NCBI GenBank assembly: GCA_002269645.1
Contig: NIVC01001013.1
Span: 309,142-373,141 of the forward strand
DNA from: Macrostomum lignano
Lineage: Eukaryota
Length of the DNA: 64,000 nucleotides
Direction: 5' to 3'
Shown: piece after piece, positions 1-10,872 of the stretch
Layout: every line of letters starts with the position of its first letter
Position numbering within the stretch: the stretch's first letter is position 1
Notes under the pieces: model-generated
The model's database searches: none
Told to the model about the DNA's origin: nothing
What the model saw: the letters and a program-made list of their open reading frames with translations, nothing else
Translations under genes and position numbers: made by a program

Positions 1-186
1 CTCGAACCAGTCAAATCTTGGCTCGCTTCATTTTTAAGCATAAAAGACCGTCGGTCTGCCGCGCATGCGGCTTAGGGTGGAACGCTGTGCAATTTCAATA
101 TTGAAATGTGCTCTTGCATGCGGTGCACACTGACTTTTGACTCACTATCCACTCTAAGGACAAAAATCTATATTTAGATCAGCATG

Positions 187-1093
187 TACTTTAAGTGCGA
201 TGCTAAACACCACCCCATGATACTTCAGGTGCGATGCTAAACACTACCCCATGATACTTCAGGTGCGATGCTAAACACCACCACATGATACTTCAGGTGC
301 GATGCTAAACACCACCCTCAGATACTTCAGGTGCGATGCTAAACACAACCCTCAGGTACTTCAGGTGCGATGCTAAACACTACCCTCAGATACTTCAGGT
401 GCGATGCTAAACACCACCCTTAAATGCTTCAGGTGCGATGCTAAACACCACCCTCAGGTACTTCAGGTGCGATGCTAAACACCACCCTCAGATACTTCAG
501 GTGCGATGCTAAACACAACCCTCAGATACTTCAGGTGCGATGCTAAACACCACCCTTAAATGCTTCAGGTGCGATGCTAAACACCACCCTCAGATACTTC
601 AGGTGCGATGCTAAACACCACCCTCAGATACTTCAGGTGCGATGCTAAACACTACCCTCAGGTACTTCAGGTGCGATGCTAAACACAACCCTCAGATACT
701 TCAGGTGCGATGCTAAACACCACCCTTAAATGCTTCAGGTGCGATGCTAAACACTACCCTCAGGTACTTCAGGTGCGATGCTAAACACCACCCTCAGGTA
801 CTTCAGGTGCGATGCTAAACACTACCCTCAGGTACTTCAGGTGCGATGCTAAACACCACCCTCAGGTACTTCAGGTGCGATGCTAAACACCACCCTCAAA
901 TGCTTCAGGTGCGATGCTAAACACTACCCTCAGGTACTTCAGGTGCGATGCTAAACACCACCCTCAGGTACTTCAGGTGCGATGCTAAACACCACCCTCA
1001 GGTACTTCAGGTGCGATGCTAAACACCACCCTCAAATGCTTCACGTGCGATGCTAAAAACCACCCTCAAATGCTTTAGGTGCGATTGTAAACA
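187..1093. repeat. 34-bp tandem minisatellite (TACTTCAGGTGCGATGCTAAACACCACCCTCAGG), about 26 copies
   Basis: Direct head-to-tail repetition with period 34 and no unique spacers. Confidence 0.95.
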
Positions 1094-1165
1094 TAATCTA
1101 CATCACTCTAGAAGAAGCTCATAGCAACGCGGGCACAGGCAGACACGGGAGTGCACGAGAGTCAG

Positions 1166-2514
1166 TCAGAGAATGGCGCAGCAGCATCCGGATCCACCAG
1201 ACCTGGCCTTGGCTACGGCGCTCATCTCGCCGACGGCCACGCGGAATACCTCCTCAATGTTGTAGCCAGTCTTGGCCGAGGCCTCCAGGTAAGGACACGA
1301 CCAGGCTCGGCTGAGACTCTCGCCCATGTCCGGCGCTACCTGACGATAATCGGCCAGGTCGGCCTTGTTGCCAACCAGCACAATGGGACTGTTGGATTGG
1401 CCTTTGACTCGGTTAATCTGATCGCGCAACTGCTGTATATCTTGAAACGTCTGCATGGATGTTACGCTGAAGACTACAACAAAGCCTTGGCCATTTTTTA
1501 TGTATAAATCGCGCATTGAGGCGAACTGCTCCGTGCCAGCCGTGTCCAGAATCTCCAGCACTGCCGGCTGCTGGTCAACACTGGGGAGAGTGAGGCAGGT
1601 ATAAATTGCCTTATTATCAGCATTTGGGTGGCTGGGTGGCCGGCTGTCTTGCGCAACTACACAGTGCACTAGATAGAATCAATACAAGTGACTCAGCAGG
1701 GTTAGGGTCCGACCATTACAAGTATCGTACTGTCAATCAAAAACGGCTCATGGGGGAACTGCTGAGATGTCAAGGCTCATAATGGGAGAATTGCTGAGAT
1801 GTCAAGGCTCATAATAGGGGGGAATTGCTGAGATGTCAAGGCTCATAATAGGGGGGAATTGTTGAGATGTCAAGGCTCATATTGGGGGAATTGCTGAGAT
1901 GTCAAGGCTCATAATGGGGGGAATTGCTGAGATGTCAAGGCTCATATTGGGGGAATTGCTGAGATGTCAAGGCTCATAATGGGGGGAATTGCTGAGATGT
2001 CAAGGCTCATAATGGGGGGAATTGCTGAGATGTCAAGGCTCATAATGGGGGAATTGCTGAGATGTCAAGGCTCATAATGGGGGGAATTGCTGAGATGTCA
2101 AGGCTCATAATGGGGGGAATTGTTGAGATGTCAAGGCCTGAATTTCTGAAATGCTGTGGCATTAATAAGCTTTAAGACTAATTAACAATAAGACTCTAAA
2201 AGTTCAAAACCTACATGTAGCTTGATGCCAGCTGTGATAACATCAGTCTTGCGTGATTTGCTGGCTCAATGGATAGCATAGCACAGTGGTAGAAACCTCA
2301 AGCCCCTTCCATGCGACCCCTAAATAACTCAGCTTTATTAACAGTGGAACTGCGTCACAATTAATTTATTGTCAACTCACGTGATCTGCTTCTTGTAGAA
2401 GTCCTCAATAGTTGGATCATATTTCTCAACAAAATTGCCGGACACAAACTTAACAGTCAGGGCGCTCTTGCCAACCCCGCCGCTGCCCAACACGACTACT
2501 TTATATTCCTTCAT
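1166..2514 (-). CDS. RAP2: Rap2-like small GTPase, 182 aa, 2 exons (2514-2381, 1580-1166)
   Basis: Exon 1 reads [44 protein letters not shown], followed by a GTGAGT donor. The acceptor ctccccAG restores the frame into [37 protein letters not shown] and SAK motifs are present, and the protein ends CCCAIL (CAAX). DTAGTE marks Rap; IEDFY and KNGQGF favour Rap2. Confidence 0.93.
1745..2136. repeat. 31-33-bp minisatellite in the Rap2 intron (GGGGGAATTGCTGAGATGTCAAGGCTCATAAT), about 12 copies
   Basis: Direct repetition with a variable G-run length. Confidence 0.95.
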
Positions 2515-2851
2515 GAATGAACAGAAATGAATGTTGTGCACTTAATTCTAAGTTTTGACAGATTCATATTGTTCACGACTATCAATTATGAAAATGTAGT
2601 CCTTAGTTTTTATTTTAATACATGCATATATACTATGTTCAAAATATACACAAATATAATTCTTGACTAACTAAGGCTTATGAATTATATTTATATATTT
2701 ATTATATTTATTTATATATTTATGTTATTTATTAAATATTTATATATATGCAACTAATGTCATTGAAAGCCAATCCCCCAAGGCACAGCAAAGTGTAAAT
2801 ACAAGTCATAATATATGCATATCTGCCTACTTGTATGCCTGCTCAGGGGAG

Positions 2852-2953
2852 TTCTATTGGCAACAAACACATGTAAGTCGCTATTGGCTGAGAGCAGTCA
2901 CGTGACTACTATTCTGTCCAATAGCGACTTATATGTGTGTGTTGCCAATAGAA
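2852..2953. repeat. About 100-bp imperfect palindrome centred on AGTCACGTGACT
   Basis: The arms TTCTATTGGCAACAAACACATGTAAGTCGCTATTGG and CCAATAGCGACTTATATGTGTGTGTTGCCAATAGAA are reverse complements with 2 mismatches. Confidence 0.85.
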
Positions 2954-3985
2954 ATGGCCGAGTGAATCCATAGGTTGCGCCCAAACATGGGAGTTGGTAG
3001 AATTAGCCGTAATGCCTTGTACTAGTTGTATGACAATGTCTCCTTGTCCTTTTTAAGCATGCTAGGGTGCACACAGCTTTTTGCTATGCACAGTTGAGCA
3101 CACTAGTAGAGACCAAACTAGGAAATCAGCAATGACACTGAGGCAAATAAAAGATGCCAAGAATGCAAAAGGTACTAACTACCAAACTGATAGTATGTTT
3201 ATAAAAGAAAATAAGTAAATAACAAAGATTGGCACTTAACAATAAATTTATGCTACATGCATGAATTAATTTGAACAGAAAAGTTGTATGCTATTAAGCA
3301 AATTGGGGTGCTAAAGTGTAAGTAATAAAAAGCATAGACACCAATTCTTAGCAGAAATATTTAAAGGATAATTATTATTTTTATAACTAGTATATAAAAA
3401 TTTAAAGATTAATAAAATGGATAAATTTTGCATATAGAACATAAATTATTTATTATTAGAATACATATGCAAGGCCTAAATTTTACCTAATAAATGCAAT
3501 AGTTTTCTATGAAAATGCTATGTCTATATCCATATACTAAAACTGGTCTTTAAATCTAAAGACCCTTTCTACTATATAGCTTTTATTTTTATACTGCCTA
3601 TACTAGAATCCTCATAAGTACTTTAATTAACTTGATATTCAAATCAAATACTTAACCCTATTTTTCCTATATTAAAAATTTATAAATTTCTTAATAGTCA
3701 AATAATAGAGTTAAGTAGTTAATAAAATTAAATAGCTTATTTGATAATAAAAAGCATTAAAGGGGGTAACTGCTATATATCAGTAAAAGGAAAAGATAGT
3801 CTTTAGTTGGGAGTAGCAAACCCTAGAAGCAAATATATTGCATATATTATTTTAAGCTAGGCTTTTTATATGATAGAGATGCTATAGTATCCTAAATTTT
3901 TAAATAATATCATTAAATTAGACCTCAGGCAATTTTGCATCTTAATACCAAGTTACCAATTGAAAAACCCAAGTTACATTTTATA

Positions 3986-4962
3986 CCTTAGTGCGTCCAA
4001 AAAGTTCTTAGACACCCCTCATATCTCTGCATCTGTTTGATTGAGTTTGATGAAAAAATGCAGAAACATAGACCAATATGTAATGAACTCAGTGCTAAAG
4101 TTTCGGCTTAATCGGGTTGACAGAGCAAAAGCAATCGATCTTTTACTGATGAGCCTACAAAATTAGCAATATGATTTTTGAAGAGAATCAAATCTGGACT
4201 CCAGTGGTGACATTGCAGCTCATTTTTATAAAAATTATTCAGAAAAATATCACTGCTTTCGCTGAGTATTGAAAAATACCTTAATTAATTCAATACTAAT
4301 ACAAGCTGTGAAGGTTTAGCCATAGATTAAAGAGCAAAAAAACAAAGCAGTAAGCAGCATAGCAACATAGCCAGAGTGCGCAGAGATTCAGATGCTGAGA
4401 CGCAGTTCACCAGCCTCAGGTGGTTTAACAGCAAAAGAATCGCCAATACAAAGTCTGCTTGCAACAAAGGGTGGCAGTTTCAGCTCTGGGAGACGAGTTC
4501 AAGAGCAAATTCAGCACGCAGAATGAGTCCAAAAGGCCAGCGGTTTGCCAAGCTGCAAACTGCTGCTGAGGGGCTGATCAGAGCGACACCTAGGGATATG
4601 TTGTCAGCGTGGATTGAGGACTAAGGAGTTGCTGATGTGATATGACAAGTACATTTGACAGAATGAAGATTCTTCTGAAGATTTTCACGATTGGTGACCT
4701 GTTTTTTGAAGTTCTGAAACTTGTCAGTTTGAACTGTTTGCTTGTTAACTTTTATATTCTATTGAGTTTAAAATCATATTGCTAATTTTGTAGGTTCCTC
4801 AGTAAAAGATCAATTGCTTTTGCTCTGTCTACCCGATTAAGCTGAAACTTAAGCACTGAATTCATTACATATAGGTCCATGTTTGTGTGAATTTTTATAA
4901 AAATCAATTGAACAGATGCATAGATAGGAGGGGTGTCTAAGAACTTTTTGGATGCACTAAGG
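3986..4962. mobile_element. Non-autonomous Tc1/mariner-type DNA transposon with about 190-bp TIRs
   Basis: The left end CCTTAGTGCGTCCAAAAAGTTCTTAGACACCCCTC matches the reverse complement of the right end over about 3986-4178 and 4770-4962. TA flanks both ends (3984-85, 4963-64). No transposase ORF. Confidence 0.85.
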
Positions 4963-5321
4963 TACTTTTTATGTACTTTTTAAGACTTTTTTTACTTTTT
5001 AAATCATATTGTTTATAACTTTTATAATATAATATATTGTAAAATATATATACAAGGGTGTCTTAAAATTTTGTGCAATTGATCTATAGACATTGCTCTA
5101 ATGTCTGCAGTTGTTAAGCCTACCACAGCTACCCTGCAGCTAGTATTTTTTAAATCCTTTCTTGCACACTTAAGTTATTTATACTTTTTATCATTAACAT
5201 TGCAAATTTTTCTTATTACTGTTTTCCCTCTGGCTGACATAATAGTTATAAAAGAGACAACAAGTTGCCATCACAACAACAACATCAACAAAATACGCTG
5301 TCATGATGGTAAAAGTCAGCG

Positions 5322-5630
5322 TCACAGGGCGCGCTTCATGGCTTGGGCGCGAACAAAGGCCGCGCCACCGGCAGTGTCCGGGGCGCCGGCGTCAGCCAGC
5401 AGACAGTCGACATAACGCCGAGTTCGCGCTTGACCTCGCCGGTAGGGTGCCTGCAGCGTGAGCAGCAGCACCTCCTGCACCGGCTGTGGGCAGTACGACT
5501 CGGCGCGGATGAGATGGCCTGCGAGCTGGAGTCGCCGACGGCGCAGTAGATCACTTGGACGTGGCAGGCCAGCGCGGCGATAGAGTGCCGCGTTGGTGAC
5601 TCGCTCGACGCCGATGTTGAAGGCCATCAC
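5322..5630 (-). mobile_element. 5'-truncated RTE-like non-LTR retrotransposon (C-terminal RT/thumb fragment)
   Basis: Translation MAFNIGVERVTNAALYRRAGLPRPSDLLRRRRLQLAGHLIRAE...RRGQARTRRYVD resembles the RTE-type xVTNxxL...RRLRWAGHxxR C-terminus. A GC-rich island in AT-rich DNA, with a (TGT/TGA)-like microsatellite downstream on the - strand (about 5265-5295). Confidence 0.7.
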
Positions 5631-6008
5631 CAAAATTGCCATCACCAAACAACTATTGCGATGCTTTTGACAAGAAGGCAATGAGTTATTGTAGTGTATT
5701 ATGACATTAGACAAGATGGACTTACTTTTATAAGTAGAATCTTAAGTTGCAGAATGCAGTGGTAGCCAAGAGGCTCTACTAACTTTTTAGGCCAACATTT
5801 CTAAAGCAAAACAAGGATACTAAGAAGCTAATACTCACTGTTTGCTATAACTTCTTTGGTATCATCCTTGTCTAGTGCATGCCTACAGATCAAAATACTA
5901 ATCATCTATATTACGAGGGGCATTCAAAAAGTTTTGGCAACTGCATATGCAGATATACTTTGGCTCAAGCAAAATACACCATACCTACATTTTAGCTTCT
6001 GACAAAAT

Positions 6009-7460
6009 ATGGAAAATAACAGCTCAGAAAACATGCGCTTCTACATTTTTATGTGTGCACAACTTGGAGAAAATGCCACCAAAATCCATGCCGACTTAGC
6101 ATAGGTGATAGGGGATCAGGCTCCATCTTATTGCACCATTGCATAATGGATTGAGGCTTTTGGCACTGGCAGGAGCAGCCTCTGTGATGACCCTCGATCT
6201 GGGAGGCTGAGCACAGCCATGACCAAGAGCAACATTGGCACTATGCAATCGCTAGTGGTTGAGGACCCAAACATTTCTGTTGCCATGCTAAGCCAGACAC
6301 TTGACATATCTGAGGGCAGCATTTTTACCATCCTGCATGAGCAGCTAGGGCTCAGGAAGATCACAGCTCATTGGGTGCCCCATCAGCTCACTGAGGAGCA
6401 GCTCTAAGAGCGAGTTTGTTGCAGTCAGGAGTTCTTGCATTGCTTTGGTTCTGGCAGCACTAAGTGCCTCTCTGACATTGTCACTGGTGACAAGAAGTGG
6501 TTTTACTACTTCCAGGTGCCCAACAAGAGCCAGAATAAGGTTTGGATTGGTGCTGATAAAGAGCATCAAACAGTTCTGCAATTAGGATTTTGCTCGTGCA
6601 AGCAGATGTTCATTGTGTTCTTCAGCATCTGTGGCCTAGTAGCTGTTGTCATGGTGCCCAAAGGCTAGAATGTGAATGCCAGTTTCTACACCAGCACTGC
6701 CCTACCAGCTGTTGTTGATTTTGTACAGAAAAATCAATGCATATGCTTGGAGTCAGGTTGCATCCACCTTCACCATGACAATGCATCAAGCCATATTGTG
6801 GCGATGACTTCAGCTTGTCTAGAGGAAAACTGGCTAAAAACCATTCGCCACCTACCCTATAGCCCTGACTTGGCTCCGTGCAACTTCTGGGCCTTCTCAA
6901 AACTGACTGAGAGGCTGGCTAGGTGCCAATTTCAAAGACTGCAAGACCTGGCATGCGCTATCAATTCAGAGTTAAGGGTATTCACTGAATTAGAATACTG
7001 CGGCACCTTTGATTTGTGGCTACAAGGCATCAGAAGTGCATAGAGCATGGTGGATAAAGGTTGGACAGGATTGAAATCTTCGGGCAGGTTCGGGATTGGG
7101 AATAATTTTTTTCTCAGGATTGGGGTTTGGGAATCGGGATCAGGTCTTTTAGTGTATTGTCCATGTAAAGTTAAACAAAATTGAGAAAAGATTGTCAAGA
7201 TCAAGAAGTAAAACACAATGAAATTGATATGAAGTTTTGTAACCAACAAAGTAAATAATGTAACGAGTACAAGTTAAAGCAAAATACCTTTAAGTAATCA
7301 CTAATTCTATAAATTATTAATTGAAAGACCTGTTCCCGAATCTCGAGTTTTTTATGGTCGGGATTCTGGTCCTGCGAGAATTCAATTTTCCTTGGGATCC
7401 CGAGATTTCAGGATTGGGATCCCATCTGACCTCTAATGGTGGATACTACATAAAAGGACT
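6009..7460 (+). pseudogene. Mariner transposase pseudogene
   Basis: One frame from ATG 6009 gives DDPRSGR, WVPHQL, DIVTGDKKW, HHDNASSH and YSPDLAPCNF with four in-frame stops. A 1-nt frameshift occurs near 7025, and the C-terminal KCIEHGG|YY is split by the MITE. Confidence 0.9.
7055..7435. mobile_element. hAT-type MITE inserted in the mariner transposase
   Basis: 8-bp target-site duplication ATGGTGGA (7047-7054, 7436-7443). Termini TAAAGGTTGGACAGGAT and ATCCCATCTGACCTCTA form degenerate TIRs, with GGGAT/ATCCC subterminal motifs. Confidence 0.8.
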
Positions 7461-7763
7461 ATAAACCCTTACTTTAAGAATAATGAGCTTGCAATAGATT
7501 TTAGTACCCTATTGCCAAAACTATACCCCTTGTATACTCTTTCAAAAATGAAGAACCAATTATGTGGTTACTAGTACCAATACCTAAACAAGTTCTTCAA
7601 TAAGATAAGACTTGCAATCTTATCTGGCTTATAATTTATTATGGAATTGAATAAGTATTAATAAATTTTAATACTTAAATTTTTAAAATTAAATTTTTAA
7701 AAGGTCAGATAGGATCTTGATCTCAATCCTAAAGTCTTAGGGTCTTAGATTCCCCATAGGTTT

Positions 7764-7894
7764 AGGATCTTAACTCTAAAAAGGGCCCTATTGGCCCTAT
7801 TATAATATATTAGTATAATTATATAATTATATAAATATACTATATTAATATAATAATATAGGGCCAATAGGGCCTTTTTTAGGGTTAAGATCCT
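7764..7894. repeat. Inverted repeat (37-bp arms, AT-rich spacer) beside a decayed hAT-MITE end
   Basis: AGGATCTTAACTCTAAAAAGGGCCCTATTGGCCCTAT pairs with ATAGGGCCAATAGGGCCTTTTTTAGGGTTAAGATCCT (2 mismatches). 7699-7755 resembles the terminus of the 7055-7435 MITE. Confidence 0.75.
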
Positions 7895-8719
7895 TAACCT
7901 AAATCCTAATATATATTATAATGTATATAATACATGTATATATAGCACAAATTAGTTTATTTTTAGCCACTCTTTTACACACTTCCAAAAATTTGACTTC
8001 CAAATCAAAGTTCACTCTTAAAAAATCCAAATTTTGGAACATCTCTAAGCATTATACAAGATATTACAAGTGTATAAGCCCATTCTACAAAGGTATTAGT
8101 CCCTCTTCCATGTTTTATATTTATTTGCTAGAGCAGCAGCCAGCAGGAAAGGGCAGCGTGCATAGGCTGTGCGCATTGCACTTTAGAAAAATTTTGAAAG
8201 CATGTTGGATGTTGTCTGCAGCTTTAACTTTTTCCTATAAGGAAAAAGGGAAATAGGAATAGGTCTTTTGATTCAAAATTTGTAGAATTAATGATTATTT
8301 CAGATTTAAATATATTTTATATTTACTTATATTTGATATCATCTAGGAAATTATTATTTGCTTGGTACTATGTAAATATTGACAGTTTTATTTATATACT
8401 AAAATAAATATCTTACCTTATTATAAATAGTTATCTTATTATGGACTACTCAATATTTGTCCCTGTATCTTTTATTTTCATAATGAATTTCAACTAACTA
8501 AAAGCAAAGCTGGTAAATAGTTTAGATATGATATATAGTATAGTATAGGCTTAGCATTTTTTATTACCTTATACCATTGGCATTAATACTGCAAAGTACA
8601 AAGGTTTTTTTTAAAATGAATGAGATTAGGCTTATAACTTATTCACTTTTAAAAAGATAGATTTATAGTCAAATATAACATGGTACTAAACTATAGGTAT
8701 AGCTAAAGGTACGGGTGCT

Positions 8720-9440
8720 GGTAGACTCATCAACTTTTTATTCATCAACTGCCGTCAACTGTAGTAAATTTGTCAACTAGTAAATTTGTCTACTGGTAAA
8801 ATTTATCAATTGCATGTTGTTTCATTCATGATTTGTGATTACATTTGTGATTACATGATTCACTAAACAACTATTCAATTAAGTAAGCTCCAATTTGTGC
8901 CAATGATCTGAGTACCCACAAAGTCCACTATTAAAAAGTGCAGATTTAAGTTTTTATACTTGAATATTATACTCAAATATATTCAATTTCAATTTTTGAT
9001 TATTGAAATTTCAATTTTTGATTAATTAGGTTTTGTACATTATACATTTCACAAAGGTGAATCAAAAAAGCATAAAAAACCCAGCAAAAAGCATAGCATT
9101 TCTATAAGAAAAATTTAGATTAACAAATCTATAACAAATTGTAAATAGTAAATGAAAATATTGGGCAACAAAACAAGTCAAAGGCAACGAAGTTTATTGG
9201 CAATATTGGCAACAAAGCTAAACAAATGCTATAAAAATCATAAAAGTAAAAGTAAATATATAGATAATTAATTTATAGTAGCTTTAGCTCAATTTCAATG
9301 GCATACTAGTTTTACAAATTATGTCGCTATACTTTTTTATACTAAACTTAAGTTGACGAATTTACCCAGGCTTACCTAGAATTAGAAATATAGTAAACTT
9401 GTCAACACAGTTGACGAATAAAAAGTTAACAAATATACCC
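8720..9440. mobile_element. Degenerate non-autonomous DNA transposon (TIR element)
   Basis: GGTAGACTCATCAACTTTTTATTCATCAACTG at the left pairs with CAGTTGACGAATAAAAAGTTAACAAATATACC at the right. Internal TAGTAAAyTTGTCAAC motifs are repeated. TSD not identified. Confidence 0.55.
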
Positions 9441-10872
9441 AGATCTAAAGAGGTACTACACAGTGTATAAAACTAATATATTTTTGTTACCATGTAAATA
9501 ACTACACTACAATTTATATGGTACTATGCAAATAATGAGTATTAGTATTATCTATGCCTATCACCCTTATCACTATCACTAGCCTATTAGTACAATTGTC
9601 TGCTGATATTTTTAGTATTATACTATAGGCCTATTGTATATTTCTTGTCTACAATATGGACCTATGAACTAGGCCTATAGTAGGCTAAAAGACCTGATTT
9701 TGATTCCCAAAGCTACTAGGGCCTAATATAATTGGGCCACTGGTCATCATATTTTACATTTTAAAGCACTAGCCTTAGGAAGCTAGAAGTAGAGACTCTT
9801 GTCTTGTGACATTTTGAAAGTTTTCTATTTAATTTAAAAATCTTTTTGCCTGAGTAAAAATAGGCCTACACCTCAATTTTGAAAGTTAGGCCTAGTCAAG
9901 TAATAACTAAGTTACAAAATCAAGCTCTGTCGATAGCTTAGCTTAGATTCGATTAGCTTAGCTAAGCTTCGATTAGCTTAGCCACGGATATTTGGATGGG
10001 CTAGGCCTACGGCTCTTTGATGAGTGCTGAGAAATCGCCTGAGCTGGTATGGCTAATGGCTGAGAGCTATTCGAGCTACCTATGACAGACAAGTAGTAGG
10101 CCTATGATGACTGGCTGATTCGTAAAACTAGGTCCATGACACCATATCATAGCATAGCATATTGTAATCGTAAAAATATTTATTAGTGCTAATAATCCGT
10201 TATTGGATATATTGGTGTTAATAATCCGTATCTTTAAAAATGATATTAAGAAGCTATTTGCACATTCGAAATGAGCATCGCAGCTGCTATGGTGCTACCG
10301 GCCAGCGGGCGGCAAGTACTACCGGGATGCGGTTGCGGCGGGCGGCGCCGGGATTCATTTCTTAGTTTAGAGTAGTAAGAGAATTTGGCTCAGGCAATTA
10401 GCCTGTTTGGCCAATATATTATAGAGCTATGTATTTGGAAAAGTTTTCGAAATAGAAGTTTATAAAGACGATTTGCCGCGAGTTAGTAGTAGTAAGAGTT
10501 AGAGTTATTGTAAAAGATAAAGTATTTGAAAGCGCGCCAGAATTTTTACGGTATTTTTGGACGAAAAGTGACGACTAACAACTAACAACGAGTATAAATA
10601 TTAATACAAAAATGAGTACAAATTACGAGGTATAGCTTTAATTGCGAGATTACTTTGGTAAGCGAGTTTGTAAAAAAAGATGTAGTATATTTGAAAGCGC
10701 GTGATATTTCAAAGCGTGAAAAAACGAACATAAACAATACTTCGGAAGAACTTTACGTTTAACGAATAACGACGATTTAAATAGGGAATTAAAAAAGACA
10801 GTAAATGAATAAACAACTGAAAAGCGGATTTGTTACACTGCTAATGTATCTGATTCAGTTTGTTTAACTGTT

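Larger units (their letters stand above)
5914..7532 (+). mobile_element. Mariner (DD34D) element, decayed, with nested insertion
   Basis: Left end TA|CGAGGGGCATTCAAAAAGTTTTGGCAA; degenerate right TIR TTGCCAAAACTATACCCCTTG|TA; transposase remnants lie between them. Confidence 0.88.

Noticed and set aside
187-1093. CRISPR-like appearance of 32-34-bp periodic arrays (also 43043-43545, 54068-55994, 56598-58095)
   Set aside because: The units are head-to-tail with no unique spacers, there are no cas genes, and the context is eukaryotic and intron-containing.
4376-4624. 82-aa ORF inside the long-TIR element as a transposase
   Set aside because: No HTH or DDE motifs are recognisable.
10010-10050. 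Hammerhead-like TTGATGAG...GAAA near the LINE 3' side
   Set aside because: The core is imperfect and stem II cannot form.
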